Shown here piece by piece: positions 44,686-56,401 of a DNA stretch of 64,000 nucleotides. Position numbers and translations under genes: made by a program. This stretch comes from Savitreella phatthalungensis (lineage: Eukaryota): NCBI GenBank assembly GCA_051599415.1, contig AP039702.1, positions 186,001 to 250,000 of the forward strand. Reading direction: 5' to 3'. Numbering within the stretch: position 1 is the first letter of the stretch; each line of letters starts with the position of its first letter. A model generated the notes under the pieces. The model worked only from the letters and a program-made list of their open reading frames with translations. It had not been told where the DNA came from and searched no databases.

Positions 44686-45197
44686 TTACTACCTCTGAGT
44701 CTACAATCGGGTGTCTCACTTACTTGTTCACCTGTACACGCTCGACATCTCATCAACACTATACACTGACCTCCCTTTTGACACACGCACGCACACACAC
44801 CAACACACACACTCTATCTCGACTGTCAGTGGTCTTCTGTCAAGGATCAAATCCATCAACTGTCTCCCTTGACTCTCGTCGACGTCGACATCGACATCGT
44901 CATCGTCGTCAACCCAGAACCACACACCTGCATCTGCAGCTCGGCAGTTACCTCACATCCAGGAGACATCACACTAGTCACTTTCTCCATCCAAAGCCCC
45001 CTAAAGGCGCCCGCACCGACCGCCTCGACCAACACCTTCAAATCAACGTTTCACGTTTGACGGAGCGCTCATCACAAAAAACACGACACCTGTAAGGACT
45101 GAACAAAACAAGACAGGCCTTAGGGAAATTCTTCCTTTGGTGGACTACCGATCTTGGACTGCACCTCTTCTGATTTGTTTGTCGAACCACCGCAACG

Positions 45198-47552
45198 ATG
45201 ACAGGTAAGCTGCGGCTGCGCGTCCGTATCGGCACAAATCCAGATGACATGCAGACAGCCTGGGTAAACGTCGAAGACCGGCCGACAGAGATCGATTCTG
45301 AATTCTGGGTAGGCAGAGTGTTTGTAAGGGTACGTGATTTTGATGGATTCACACCTGATGGCTCTCCACCTCAGGCACATTCTCCCTACTTTGACGGTCG
45401 CAACAGACGCTTTCACATCCAGGCCGAAGGTCGCTTCAAGAAGGCCTACGACGGCGACAGCGTCTGGTTCGGTACGCAATTTGACCACATGATCAAGAAC
45501 TTCCCAGAGACTCTCTTCAACACGGGCATGCGCATCGCCAGATACATCGATCCCGCTGTGTTTTACGACAAGAACGCAGCTCGGCCATTCATCATGTCAC
45601 CATTCTTGGCTTGTGTCAATACGCTCTCGGCCTGGCCAGCGCCACATCGCGCCCACGACGCAGTGCTCACGCTCGAAAACGGCAATGCTATGACAGAATC
45701 AGATGACGAACACGTCGAAGACGACGTTCCCAGAGCCGAGACAGAGCAGTCTGGCAAGTCGACAAAGACAAAACCGATCCGATACTGGTCATTCGTCGGC
45801 TTTCGCGAGGACGAGGATGCTCACGAGCTCGAAGCCAAGCCAACCCAAGCGATGCTGCATGACGAGCGGGAACAGCAAACAGGCGAGGCGCGAGAGCCCG
45901 CAGCTAGCATGACCGGCAGTGGCTCGTCATCAACCCTAGCAGCGCCGCGTGAGCACTCCATTCGGACGGTCTCGACCAAGTACGACCCAGACAGTGTCGT
46001 TGTTTCCGGTCATCCGACACACAGAATCGCGCTCAACCGTCTCGGAAGCTACGGTCGCGACTCTGCCGTCCAGCGGCACTACCTCGCTAGTGACGGCGCA
46101 CGCAGCGGAGCTATTTTGACTCCTGTCGAGGATGAAGACACACATGACCAAGATTTGATCCCGAGTGACTCAGAGTCAGAAGGTGAGGAGGACGATAATG
46201 CTAGCTTCCACACCGCATTGGAGCAACAGTGGGAAGTTCACGACGTTCTTCAGCCTGACGGAACGATAATCCCGGTCAAGAAGAAGAAAAAAGGTCTTAC
46301 GGTCAAGAAGGTTCGTAAGTCATTACACATCCCGTCTGCCAAGACTGTGCAGAAGAACATGCGGTCTCTGTCGATTAAGCGCAAGGACCGCAGTTCCACT
46401 TCTGGTGAGAAAGAGGCAAAGGAGAAGAAGAAGGAGAAGAAGCGCAGTGGTGACAGCAGCCCACTCGTCGAAGGAGCAGGCTCCACTGACGATGAGGTCG
46501 TTTCAAAGCATCGCAAATCGCTCGACCTCATGCGTCCGTTCCGGTTCGGTCACTCCGATCACAGCTCGAAGCACAGAAGTTCGTCAAAGACTGGCAGTCG
46601 GCCAGGCTCTGTCTCGGACATCTCGCAAGTCGGCGGACCGGCAGCACGTACCGGCGCGGACGATGCAGTTTCCCTGCAAAGCGGCAGTACTGGCATGCGA
46701 CCAGTCCCCTCACAGACCCAGCAGGACCTTGGCGCCAACGGTACTACCGTAGCTCCACCGATTGTCGATGCCGCTGTCCAGACGTCCAACGATCCAGCTC
46801 CAGCTTCGCCCGCAGCCATCACGGTAGACCAGGCAGGGCCGCTGGTGGCTAGTGGAGCAGTGGCAAACACGCATTCGGGACGCGGCAGCGACGCTTTGCA
46901 GCGCGGCCCTGGCTCTACCGTTCGGACTGACTCGTCATACACGAGCGGCAGCGAGCAATCAAACACACGTCCGATCGCGCTCGCGTCCCTGCAGTCGATC
47001 GAGACGAAGAATCTTCATCAGCAGCAGCAGCAGCAGCAGCCTGAGAGCATCTCGTCCGTACTGACACCTACCAGTGGCGTGTCACGTCCAGGCAAGAGTA
47101 AGTTCCCGTCTCGCGAGGCAGGCCACGGGCACGAGATTCGTGGTGACGAGCTCTACTCTGATGAGGAAAGCTCCAAGCCAGGACTATCACACAAACTCGA
47201 CGACCGGCTTGGTCCCTGGCGATTCAGCAACCCGTCGATCGAGCCGATTGAGGACACGGCATTTATCTTTGGCGACAATACGCACACGGTGAAAGATCGG
47301 AGAAAGCACTTCGCCCGATCACCGGAAGTCAGGAAACTGTTTGAGTTCGATCCAGACATCGTCTACTGCATGTCGTTCTTCCTGCCCTACATGAATTTCA
47401 ACAGCTTTGACCTCCGATTCGGCGTCGTTGGCGCAAACCTACACAAATATGTCGAGGATCAGCCGGTCCGATACATGGCCAGATCCTCGACTGACGAGAA
47501 GGAAGTCTTCTTCATGGTCGAGTTCCAGCTAGAGGAGGATACCACCGCATAA
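45198..47552 (+). CDS. DUF1769-family fungal protein with large low-complexity insertion
   Basis: N-half IDSEFWVGRVFVRVRDF..SPYF..GRFKK..WFGTQFD..YIDP; C-half RRKHF..FEFDPDIVY..FFLPYMNFNSF..QPVRY..VFFMVEF. Confidence 0.7.
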   Translation: MTGKLRLRVRIGTNPDDMQTAWVNVEDRPTEIDSEFWVGRVFVRVRDFDGFTPDGSPPQAHSPYFDGRNRRFHIQAEGRFKKAYDGDSVWFGTQFDHMIKNFPETLFNTGMRIARYIDPAVFYDKNAARPFIMSPFLACVNTLSAWPAPHRAHDAVLTLENGNAMTESDDEHVEDDVPRAETEQSGKSTKTKPIRYWSFVGFREDEDAHELEAKPTQAMLHDEREQQTGEAREPAASMTGSGSSSTLAAPREHSIRTVSTKYDPDSVVVSGHPTHRIALNRLGSYGRDSAVQRHYLASDGARSGAILTPVEDEDTHDQDLIPSDSESEGEEDDNASFHTALEQQWEVHDVLQPDGTIIPVKKKKKGLTVKKVRKSLHIPSAKTVQKNMRSLSIKRKDRSSTSGEKEAKEKKKEKKRSGDSSPLVEGAGSTDDEVVSKHRKSLDLMRPFRFGHSDHSSKHRSSSKTGSRPGSVSDISQVGGPAARTGADDAVSLQSGSTGMRPVPSQTQQDLGANGTTVAPPIVDAAVQTSNDPAPASPAAITVDQAGPLVASGAVANTHSGRGSDALQRGPGSTVRTDSSYTSGSEQSNTRPIALASLQSIETKNLHQQQQQQQPESISSVLTPTSGVSRPGKSKFPSREAGHGHEIRGDELYSDEESSKPGLSHKLDDRLGPWRFSNPSIEPIEDTAFIFGDNTHTVKDRRKHFARSPEVRKLFEFDPDIVYCMSFFLPYMNFNSFDLRFGVVGANLHKYVEDQPVRYMARSSTDEKEVFFMVEFQLEEDTTA

Positions 47553-49376
47553 TCCATTCTACCTTGTTCACTCCCGAACCTTTCACGCACCTAAAACACG
47601 TTACAACCACACGTAATAGCAGGCGTACACCATCCACATAGGATCTTTTTCTTGGACTCACGCCACTAACATGATAATCAAATGCGCAAAAGGTCGCATA
47701 TCCTTCCACACCACCTTCTATGCGTTTTCCGTGCTTTGTGGCGACCTGAGTTATGGAAACACGTGGATTGTGCTGTGGAAACCGAAAGCGGTAATTTGTC
47801 GCTTGAGCGTTTTATGCAAATCCTATGATCGACCTCATTGTCAATCTCTTACCATTTCCATCCAGACGGATGCTAGCTATAGTCGAAACAACTTTGATAG
47901 TGAATCCATGCATATGCAAGCACAACCGTGAATCTATCATCCGTCACAATCACATTTTCCGTCATTGATCGGGTAAAAGGATTCGAAAACGAATTGGTTC
48001 GCTTTCTCACCTGTCTCATCATGCATACATGCATCCATCCACTGCATCCACTGCATTGCATACGTTACACAGCTTAAAACAGATTTTCAAATCCCTTGAA
48101 ATTCACTACTTTTCCTCCTTCTCTACTTCTAAGCGATAGAATTTGGTCATCGAATCTATTCTAAGAAGGAAGAGAAGCCCAATGTAGCTCGTCCCAGCCA
48201 AACTAACCGTATCTGGATTTTGTACTCTTGTCAAAATACTGTCAACCGTCGTCAGATACACACCGCTAAACCCTCCTCCCCGCAGAGCCAGCGAGCCTGT
48301 GTAACCGCATCAGGCTTCGGCAGATCTTTGTACCAGCTCATGCAGCCATCCACTTCGGACGGTACCAACCTTGGTGCAGCCGAACGGGAAAAAAGTCCTG
48401 CCTACCCAACCTGGAATCGAGCTAGCTCCTAACTCGTCTTTTCTACCTTCTCAACGGCTTTGGGGAGGAAGGGAGGACGTGGGCGGTAACAAACGGCCCG
48501 CTTTCTCTTCCAATCGTCCTCCTCTCCCCTTCATACACTCGCACGCGAGCTCATACAATGGAAGAAAGAGAGTGAGAGACACTCATCCTCTAGGGCGTGT
48601 TGGCCGCCCCTCCCCATCCACCCGATTAGGCCACCCACCCTGTTTTCCTTTCAGGCTGATCGTCCTGCCCGCACTGCCGGAGTTCGCGTAGACGGTCTGT
48701 CACCTTGATCTAATCCGGTCACCATCGCTTCTGAGACCATCCTTCCTCTCTCTTTCTCTCTCTCGGTGAGTGTGTGTGACTGGGCTCTCTCACTCTCACA
48801 TAGACGCAGAGGACCCACTCACTCGCTCCTGTCTCCTACATAGGACGAGGAGATGCGAGGGTGTCTCGTAAGCGTGAAAGTGAGGTGCGACCTCCCGTGA
48901 ATCACACCTTCTTTTTTTGAGACTCGGGACCCGGGGTTCGGGGCCCACATCGGAGGTATCCAGAGACGCATCTCTCCCCGCCTAAACCTCCTTTACCACA
49001 CCACCGTCTGAGTCAGACATCCATCCCATCACCTCCATACTCCTCCCTCTTGTTCCCGTCCTGACACAAAGGTCTCACCTACGACGACGACACCCACACC
49101 TTCACGCATACCTCAAAAGACATCACAACAAGGCGTTCTTGTCGCGTTTCATCATCGTCACCGCCCTTTCTCTCTCTCTCTCGTTCTCGTCTTCTGGCCT
49201 TGCGCGCATTCGCATCGACCGACCACCCCACGCTCGTTTCGATTTTCTGCTTCCTCCCAAGGACGACCGTTCTTCTCGCTCTCGACTCCTCTCCTCGACG
49301 ACCAGGACCTTAATCGCGTTCTCTGGTCAGACGCGCGCGGTGACTGTCAGGTGAGCTAGCTTCTACCCATTCGCCT

Positions 49377-51713
49377 ATGTCGTTCGAATACTCGTCCGCT
49401 GGACGGCCCACGGGACTTCCACAGGCCTCCGGTCCACAAACATCTTCACATATGCCATACCACCACCAACAGCGGCCCCACCACGTACCACGATACGACC
49501 CATCCTCCGCAGCAGCCGCCGGCCTCCCAGCCGTTCCTCCCTCACCACGATCAGCACTCCAGGTGCTGGGGTACTCGCCGCAGGCAGGGTCTGGCGGGAC
49601 GACGTTGTCAGTGCACGTGTCTGGACTGTCTGGCCAAGATGCACACCTTGTGAGGTTTGTGTTTGGGCAGCGTCGTGTTGGCGCGTTCATGGAGACGCCC
49701 TCTGGTGGTCGTGGGGGTGCGATGGTGCTGTCGACCCAGGTGCCGAGGTTTGCCGACGTGAGCTGGTGGTCGAGCAAGGTACCCGTGTACCTGCTGGTGG
49801 TCGACCCTGTGACTGGCGCAGACGCCAACAGTTTCCAGGTCGGCGAATTCACCTTCATCGACTCGCCACGCCAGCAGCAGCACTCCATGCCAGCAAAGCG
49901 ACCTAGGCACGAACACGAAGACATCCCACTCTCAGTCGACCCGCATGCCCATGCGCACAACCCGTACGCTCAGCAGCCGAGGAGGCCAGCGTCCCAGCCA
50001 GTGCCAGCATACGGGTCGCAGTTCGGTGCACCGCCGTCGCGCGGACACATGCGTATGGATACCTCCATGTCGGCGTCGTCCGGATACGGTGGCGAGATGC
50101 CGACGTCTTCAGGCTCGTTCAGCTCGGCGTCCGGTGTGGGTGGCCACGGCCATGATCACGACGGTCGATACGTTGCAGACTCACGCCAGCATCCTCCCCC
50201 GCCGCCTTCGTCAACAGCTGCCGCACCTTTCAGACCACCACCCTCACTCTCCTCCCAGCTCGCAGCCAATCCAAACTACGGCGCACAGCACTTTGAGCCT
50301 ACGTCGCCATTCGGCAGTGCCTCATTCTCATCCGCGAGCCGCGGCGTGGCTGGGTCGACGACGTCGTCGTCATGGCGGTCGCCTACGAGTGCCGGCTTGC
50401 ACGTGCCATCTCCTGCATCCACCCTCAACCGGAGCATCTCCGGGCCGGCAGGTTACGGCCCAGGGAGCGACTACCACCCACACCGGCCCAGCACCAACCC
50501 GGACGAGCCAGCCCTCCAACGCACCTCCACCATCCCAACCACCCACGCAGCTCACAGGACCACCCGCACAATCCACCCACACGGCGGCCCGTCCAGCGCA
50601 CCTGCCTCGAGCTCCGCCCCCTGGGCACCAGCCAACCGTGCACGTCTGGAGGTGATTGGCGACCTCGAGGACATGGCCCGCAACTGGAGTGCGGAGGAGT
50701 TTGGAATCCGCCGCAGGCTCGTACAGTTCTGGCGTAAGCAGGAAGGCAACGTGATCCGGATCAACTTCCGGCCAGTGGAACCAGGGTCGACGAGACCACC
50801 AAACGCCGTCATCATCTCGTGCATCTACTGGGAAGAGCGTCAGGAGTGTTTCTTCACGAGCGTCGACGCCATCTTCCTGCTCGAGTCCCTGGTTGGCAAC
50901 CGGTTCGTGGTCGAGGAGAAAAACCGGATCCGCCGTAACCTCGAGGGCTTCAGACCACTGACGGTGTCGAAGGGCAAGCACGACTCTGACAGCTTTTTCA
51001 AGCTCATCATGTCCTTCCCTCCCCCGAAACCCCGCAACATCGAAAAGGACGTCAAGGCGTTCCCCTGGCGAATCCTCACCTCTGCCCTCCGCAAGATCAT
51101 CAGCAAGTACTCCACCACCGGTGGCGGTGGCAACAACCCATCCACCCTCTCAGACCCGACGCTCGCCCTCGCCCAAACCCCAACCGACACCTCCTCCCGC
51201 CAACAACTCACCCCAGCCTCCACAACCACCGACATGCCACCACCACCACGCTCACACCCTTTACCGTCTCCGACCGCCCCCTTACCAGCAATGAGGACGG
51301 CGTCTCAGGACGGCACGCCTAACTCGAATCGATCGTCTCTGTCGATCCGGGTACCGCCAACGGATTCTGCATCGCTGCCGGCGCTCGATGGCGTGTCTGG
51401 TGGTGGTGGTGGTGGTGGGTTGTCTGCGTACTTTGCAGGAGCTAGGACGCCTGGAGATCGGCGAACGAGTGACGGTGTGACGCTGCCGGTGCCTGGGAGT
51501 GCCGGGTTCGGTGGGTTGGATTTCGGAGAGTTCATGTTCCAGTCGCCCGGGATGACACCGGCAGGAGCAAGCGGCTGGCCTGGAAGTGCAGGGGCCGGAG
51601 CGCAGTTGCCACCACTCCAGGTGGGAGTAGGCGCAGCTCAAGCTGGAGGGGTGACGTCCGCGCCGCAAGGGGGACCGGTTCCTCTGCCGCCCGTCGGAGC
51701 GGCTAAGGAGTAG
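49377..51713 (+). CDS. medA: MedA (medusa)/Ren1/Acon-3-like developmental regulator
   Basis: WSAEEFGIRRRLVQFWR..ISCIYW..CFFTSVDAIFLLESLV..EEKNRIRRNLEGFRPLTVSK..KPRNIEKDVKAFPW..ALRKIISKYS. Confidence 0.88.
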   Translation: MSFEYSSAGRPTGLPQASGPQTSSHMPYHHQQRPHHVPRYDPSSAAAAGLPAVPPSPRSALQVLGYSPQAGSGGTTLSVHVSGLSGQDAHLVRFVFGQRRVGAFMETPSGGRGGAMVLSTQVPRFADVSWWSSKVPVYLLVVDPVTGADANSFQVGEFTFIDSPRQQQHSMPAKRPRHEHEDIPLSVDPHAHAHNPYAQQPRRPASQPVPAYGSQFGAPPSRGHMRMDTSMSASSGYGGEMPTSSGSFSSASGVGGHGHDHDGRYVADSRQHPPPPPSSTAAAPFRPPPSLSSQLAANPNYGAQHFEPTSPFGSASFSSASRGVAGSTTSSSWRSPTSAGLHVPSPASTLNRSISGPAGYGPGSDYHPHRPSTNPDEPALQRTSTIPTTHAAHRTTRTIHPHGGPSSAPASSSAPWAPANRARLEVIGDLEDMARNWSAEEFGIRRRLVQFWRKQEGNVIRINFRPVEPGSTRPPNAVIISCIYWEERQECFFTSVDAIFLLESLVGNRFVVEEKNRIRRNLEGFRPLTVSKGKHDSDSFFKLIMSFPPPKPRNIEKDVKAFPWRILTSALRKIISKYSTTGGGGNNPSTLSDPTLALAQTPTDTSSRQQLTPASTTTDMPPPPRSHPLPSPTAPLPAMRTASQDGTPNSNRSSLSIRVPPTDSASLPALDGVSGGGGGGGLSAYFAGARTPGDRRTSDGVTLPVPGSAGFGGLDFGEFMFQSPGMTPAGASGWPGSAGAGAQLPPLQVGVGAAQAGGVTSAPQGGPVPLPPVGAAKE

Positions 51714-51972
51714 TAAGAGGAATTCGAAACATCAAAGGTGTATTGTGAAAGGAAGCTCATCATTATTTATTGTATGTAGTCTGATCAATCACGAACGTAC
51801 TGTATCGTCTATACCACACATGCATTTTTATGATCTTCGGAGAGTGAGGTGGGGCAGACACAAGAGCATATGATTTCTTGAGGAGGGTCTAAGGTGGAGA
51901 TATAATTCGGTGGACTAAGAGATGCTTAGATTAAGACAGGGTCCGAATGTCTGTGTGTAGAGCTGGATTGAA

Positions 51973-53736
51973 CTACTCCTGGTCGTCCAAGGCATCGACG
52001 GCTGAACGGTAACGACGCTGGGAGTCGGCCAGGTCTAGGAAGACCTTGTATTTTGTGTTGAGCAGGTTCATCTCTCGCTGGTCGTCTGATGGATGGACGA
52101 TTTTGCCTGACTTGGACATTCGTGCCATTACCGTCCACAGGTCGTCTTTTGTGGCTGCTTGGACACCGAGGAATGCTGCGCCGAGGACGACGGCGGCATC
52201 GATGTACTCTGGCATGACCACAGGCAGTCCAGTGCAGGAAGCGAGCAGGTGCATCAGCAACGGGTTCTTGCACTGGCCACCGCTCATGAAGATACTTGTG
52301 ATCTTGTGGCCTGCTGCGTTGAGCGAATCGACAATGTGGCGGGTCTGCATACCGATCGCCTCGAGCGCTGCATAGTAGTGGGTTGCGAGAGCGTCGATAT
52401 CGGCATCCATGCCGAGACCGACAATGACGCCGCGCATGTCAGGATCTGCAAGAGGTGAACGGTTGCCGTGGTAGTCAGGGTACAAGAAGGTGTGACGGAT
52501 GAGGTAGGCGATCGATGGGGCGTGTGTGTCCTGGCGGATCTGTTCGAGCCGCCGGTTGAGGAACTCGAAGATACCCATGCCCTGTTTTGATGCAGCCTCC
52601 TCTGCCTGCTTGTATGCGCCGTGTGTGGTGATGATGTGGTGGAGCAGAGCACCGGTAGCACTCTGACCGCCTTCTGCCATCCAGTAGTCCGGGATGAGTG
52701 CACCCTTGTAGGGTCCCCAGACGCCTGGCACGAATACGGGGTCCTTTGAGATGGCGAGGTGACATGTGGATGTGCCAGCGACTGCAGCCAGACGGTGAGA
52801 TGCTTCGTCGATGCCAGACGAGGCAGAAGCGGAGTTTTCACTACCGTTGATGGACAGACGCTGGATACCGCCGACGAGGTCCTTTGGCTCGACCTTGGCA
52901 CCGACTGTTCCAGCCCAGCCGGCATATGCATCAATCACACCTGAACCGACAGGCGTGCCAGCCTTGAGACCGAGCTGTGCAGCTGCTTTCTCCGTCAAAC
53001 CACCAACGAGCTCTCCTGCCGACAGAACACGTCCATTCTTTCCTGGAATGCCACCGATGGAGATGAAGTCCTCGTCGCAGAGCTGCTGTAGGCCGAGCTG
53101 CTTGCAAAAGTCGCGCGACCATCCCTCACGAGAGTCATCAACGCCCTGTGGGACGAATCCCATCTTGCAGACGAGGGAGCAATTTGAGCGGGCTTCGTTG
53201 CCGGTCGCCTGGAAAGTGAGGTAGTCTGGAAGGTCGTAAAACTTGCACTTGGCAAACAGGTCAGCAGGCATGTGCTCCTTCAGCCAGAGGATTTTCGGCA
53301 TCTCCATCTCGAGAGACATGGTGCCTCCTACGTACCGCAGGAGGTTGTGACCTGTGGCGTTGATGCGTTCTGCCTGATCACGGGCACGGTGGTCTGCCCA
53401 GAGGATGACTGAGTGGGTGGTGTTGGTGAAGTCTGGTCCCTGGACAGACATGGGGCCGTGTGTGTCCTTGTTGAGGACTGCAAGGGAGCAGGTCGCATCA
53501 AAGCCGACGCCCTTGACTGCTTCCGGGGAGATGGAACTCTCTGCGATGACCTTGTTGGTGCATTCGCAGATTGCTGACCAGATGTCTTCTGTGGATTGTT
53601 CGTAGATGTCTGGCCCTGCACGGAAGAGCTGTGTAGGTTTTGAGGCAATGGCTAGGATTTCTCCCTTGTCATCAATGATGCAGGCACGAGCTGAGCCTGT
53701 ACCTACATCAACGCCGACATAGTAATCGCCGGACAT
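51973..53736 (-). CDS. FGGY-family carbohydrate kinase (D-ribulokinase, Ydr109c-like)
   Basis: YYVGVDVGTGSARA, GFDATCSL, ILWADHRA, GTSTCH, EGGQSATG, PDYHGNRSP, SGGQCKN. Confidence 0.93.
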   Translation of the reverse strand: MSGDYYVGVDVGTGSARACIIDDKGEILAIASKPTQLFRAGPDIYEQSTEDIWSAICECTNKVIAESSISPEAVKGVGFDATCSLAVLNKDTHGPMSVQGPDFTNTTHSVILWADHRARDQAERINATGHNLLRYVGGTMSLEMEMPKILWLKEHMPADLFAKCKFYDLPDYLTFQATGNEARSNCSLVCKMGFVPQGVDDSREGWSRDFCKQLGLQQLCDEDFISIGGIPGKNGRVLSAGELVGGLTEKAAAQLGLKAGTPVGSGVIDAYAGWAGTVGAKVEPKDLVGGIQRLSINGSENSASASSGIDEASHRLAAVAGTSTCHLAISKDPVFVPGVWGPYKGALIPDYWMAEGGQSATGALLHHIITTHGAYKQAEEAASKQGMGIFEFLNRRLEQIRQDTHAPSIAYLIRHTFLYPDYHGNRSPLADPDMRGVIVGLGMDADIDALATHYYAALEAIGMQTRHIVDSLNAAGHKITSIFMSGGQCKNPLLMHLLASCTGLPVVMPEYIDAAVVLGAAFLGVQAATKDDLWTVMARMSKSGKIVHPSDDQREMNLLNTKYKVFLDLADSQRRYRSAVDALDDQE

Positions 53737-55432
53737 GGTCTATGTGGAGGGTGGAAGGTGAATGTGTTCGACTAGCGTGGTGGATGTGGGTCTAGATCAA
53801 GACTGAGAGTGAGAGTGAGAGTGAGATTGAGATTGTCGAGAGGATTCTGGAGAGAGTCGGTTGGTGGATGAAGGATGAGGTGATTGGACGAGTGTGTGAC
53901 TGTGTGTTGCTGCTGTGGTGGTGTGTAGAGTGTGAGTGTGTAGAGTGAGTATGTAGTGTAGGTGTGTAGAGTGTGTGTGTGGATCCAGAGACCAGCGTCA
54001 TAGGCGAACACTACCATCCTCTAGTATCCGGTAGCCTGGACGTATGCACAGTCTGAGATGATGCAGGAGCCGTGTGATCAGGATTGAATTTTGGCGCCAC
54101 ACCTGCAGAGTTGATCAAATCGAATCTAAAACCCTGGTCTGAAGGTGGTTGAATACTGATCGAATATCAATGACTGAAAATCAGCATCTCTCATGATGCA
54201 CTTCGATGCACAGATTCTGATGATCATACTTGAGAGGGATGAAATCTCGGATCAATTTTGAAAATGATCTGCAGTAGTCACGTGTATGTTGAGTGCGGGA
54301 TGAATACACGTGCTGTGGTCAGGGCAATCATGAACAGACTTCGACCATTTACATATCTGATATACCCTAGATGTCCTTTCCATTCAGTCGAGTCATGGTC
54401 ACAGTCAACGCCCATGTGACTCTCGACATGAGTCGTGGCGGTCTGACTGATGGACTCATCACACGACTGGCTCAGGGATGGTTGAAAAATGGTTGATCAG
54501 GAGCTGCATTTCCGATCTTGCCATTTCTGGTGCGGACAGACACAGTCATCGGACCTGATGAATTTCTTCTTGTATGGAATGGATGAATAGGGTTATCTGC
54601 CAATGTCAATCCACCACATTGCCTAGGGTGGGCGTTGAACTGTGATTCTGAATTGAATCTGAATTGTTGTGCTGATGGAACGTGCATCCACGAATTGCAT
54701 ATGTCGAAGTCAGTCAGGATTTGAGGTTGACCATCTCATAAGAGATCCATGGGGACTAGATGGAATAGATATGACTTGTCAATTGAGCTGATGATTCAAC
54801 GAACATACATATTTTCTATGTCATTATCTATCGGACTTCGCGTAGATTGAACACGTGCATTAGATGATGGCCTGTCAGATTGATACTGTATCAACTGTAT
54901 CATCTAGAAATCAATTCGTCTGAAGAATATCCGGACGAATTAAAACTGAATGTTAGATAATCGCTGCCGAAAGTCAACAGCAGTCAGACGAACTGATCAA
55001 CTCTGCACGGGCCTGGCCCAGGCTGACCTGACCTGGTTGCCCGATCATTCGGTCACCGTAAATCGCCTACCTGAATACTCGATCGTGCATGCGGAACAGC
55101 GTCACTCTCACTTCATCTCCCATCACTCACTCGATCTTTACACAACATTACAGTTGCCGCTCTCCAGATTGACATAAACACACAAAAAGAAGTCCTGCTT
55201 GGGTCAACGACTATCTTGTAGAAACATTTCTCAATTTAAGAGTCCACTCGCACTCGCGCCCTCTCGGACTTGTCTCATCCAGTGTGCTTGACACCCTCGC
55301 ACAGACACCCAATCCTTTTTTCTCATCTTCATCTTGTCCACTTCCTTGCCGAAGCGTCAGGGCGATATAGTCTTCACACGACCTTGCAGCTTGTAACGCG
55401 CAATTGTCAGCCTAACTCAAATACTTAGATCG

Positions 55433-56401
55433 ATGTCGGCCATTCGACGGATCTTCTTCACACGGGCAAAGGGCGTACCAGGTGATCCTGAAGCAGCCAG
55501 CGTCCATTCTGCAGCACCTCATGCGAAGAAACTACGTGAGCCAAGTACGCATCTGACCGCTCACCAGGCATTCTACCTGTTCGGAATGAACGGTGTCGGA
55601 TCGATGGTCATCTCCGGCGGCATCAACCTGGCGATCGCGTATGGCATGTACGCGAACCAGACCTCCCCGGTCAGGCTGTTCCGCCTGCCAAACACATTCG
55701 CCGGCGACGCAGCGGTGACCATCATCGTACAGAGTATCGTCACCTGGCTGCTGACGTGCGTGATGGTGAACGGGGATCTGCGCTCTGGTGGCGTCCAGCC
55801 GATCGGTTTCATCTCCGAGCCCCGACGACCGAGGATTTTGAGGTGGTACCTGTTCCTGGATGCAGAGCAGCCGACGGAGCGTAAGAACGGAAAGCAGTGG
55901 TTCACCTTCATCGTCACCCAGATCTTGAGGGGTTTCCTCTGGTCAGTGATGCTCTTCTTCCTCGTCTGGCCTGCAACAGTCGGCATCCTCACCTTCGGCG
56001 ACCACAGGGACAACGACTACTACTACCCTCGTCGCTGGACGCCTCAGATCTTCAAGCTGATTCTTGGCGCAGTCCTCGGTCTCCTGTGCTCTCCCTGGTT
56101 CGCTGGATTCTGGCTCGTCACCGTCGGCTGGCGGATCAAGCGAGAGGAAGCGGTGCTCGCCCGACGGAGCATCGAAGCAGGCACCGCCGGTCTGAACCCT
56201 TCAGAAGTCCCAGCAGCCCTGCCACAAAGCAAGGATGCCAACCCGATCAACGAAGAGAAGACTCACCGGAGACCACCCTCGTCCACCTCGACTGCAGATG
56301 ACACTGTCACCACAACCCAGTCAAGAGATAAGCCGGTCAAGGGAAATGACCACGCAGGAGCCAACGTCCTAGCACCACCGCTTGACGGCCGACAACTCTA
56401 A
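55433..56401 (+). CDS. Uncharacterised integral membrane protein, about 4 TM segments
   Basis: 322-aa ORF with coding-like codon use and four hydrophobic helices; no family recognised. Confidence 0.75.
   Translation: MSAIRRIFFTRAKGVPGDPEAASVHSAAPHAKKLREPSTHLTAHQAFYLFGMNGVGSMVISGGINLAIAYGMYANQTSPVRLFRLPNTFAGDAAVTIIVQSIVTWLLTCVMVNGDLRSGGVQPIGFISEPRRPRILRWYLFLDAEQPTERKNGKQWFTFIVTQILRGFLWSVMLFFLVWPATVGILTFGDHRDNDYYYPRRWTPQIFKLILGAVLGLLCSPWFAGFWLVTVGWRIKREEAVLARRSIEAGTAGLNPSEVPAALPQSKDANPINEEKTHRRPPSSTSTADDTVTTTQSRDKPVKGNDHAGANVLAPPLDGRQL

Noticed and set aside
48910..48960. GC-rich hairpin-like GGGACCCGGGGTTCGGGGCCC suggesting tRNA or RNase P/MRP
   Set aside because: No cloverleaf or conserved RNase P/MRP regions could be built.
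51926..51975. Stop-codon readthrough to a cryptic PTS1 in the FGGY kinase
   Set aside because: TAG is followed by TTC, not the TGA CTA context, and no SKL-like end was seen.
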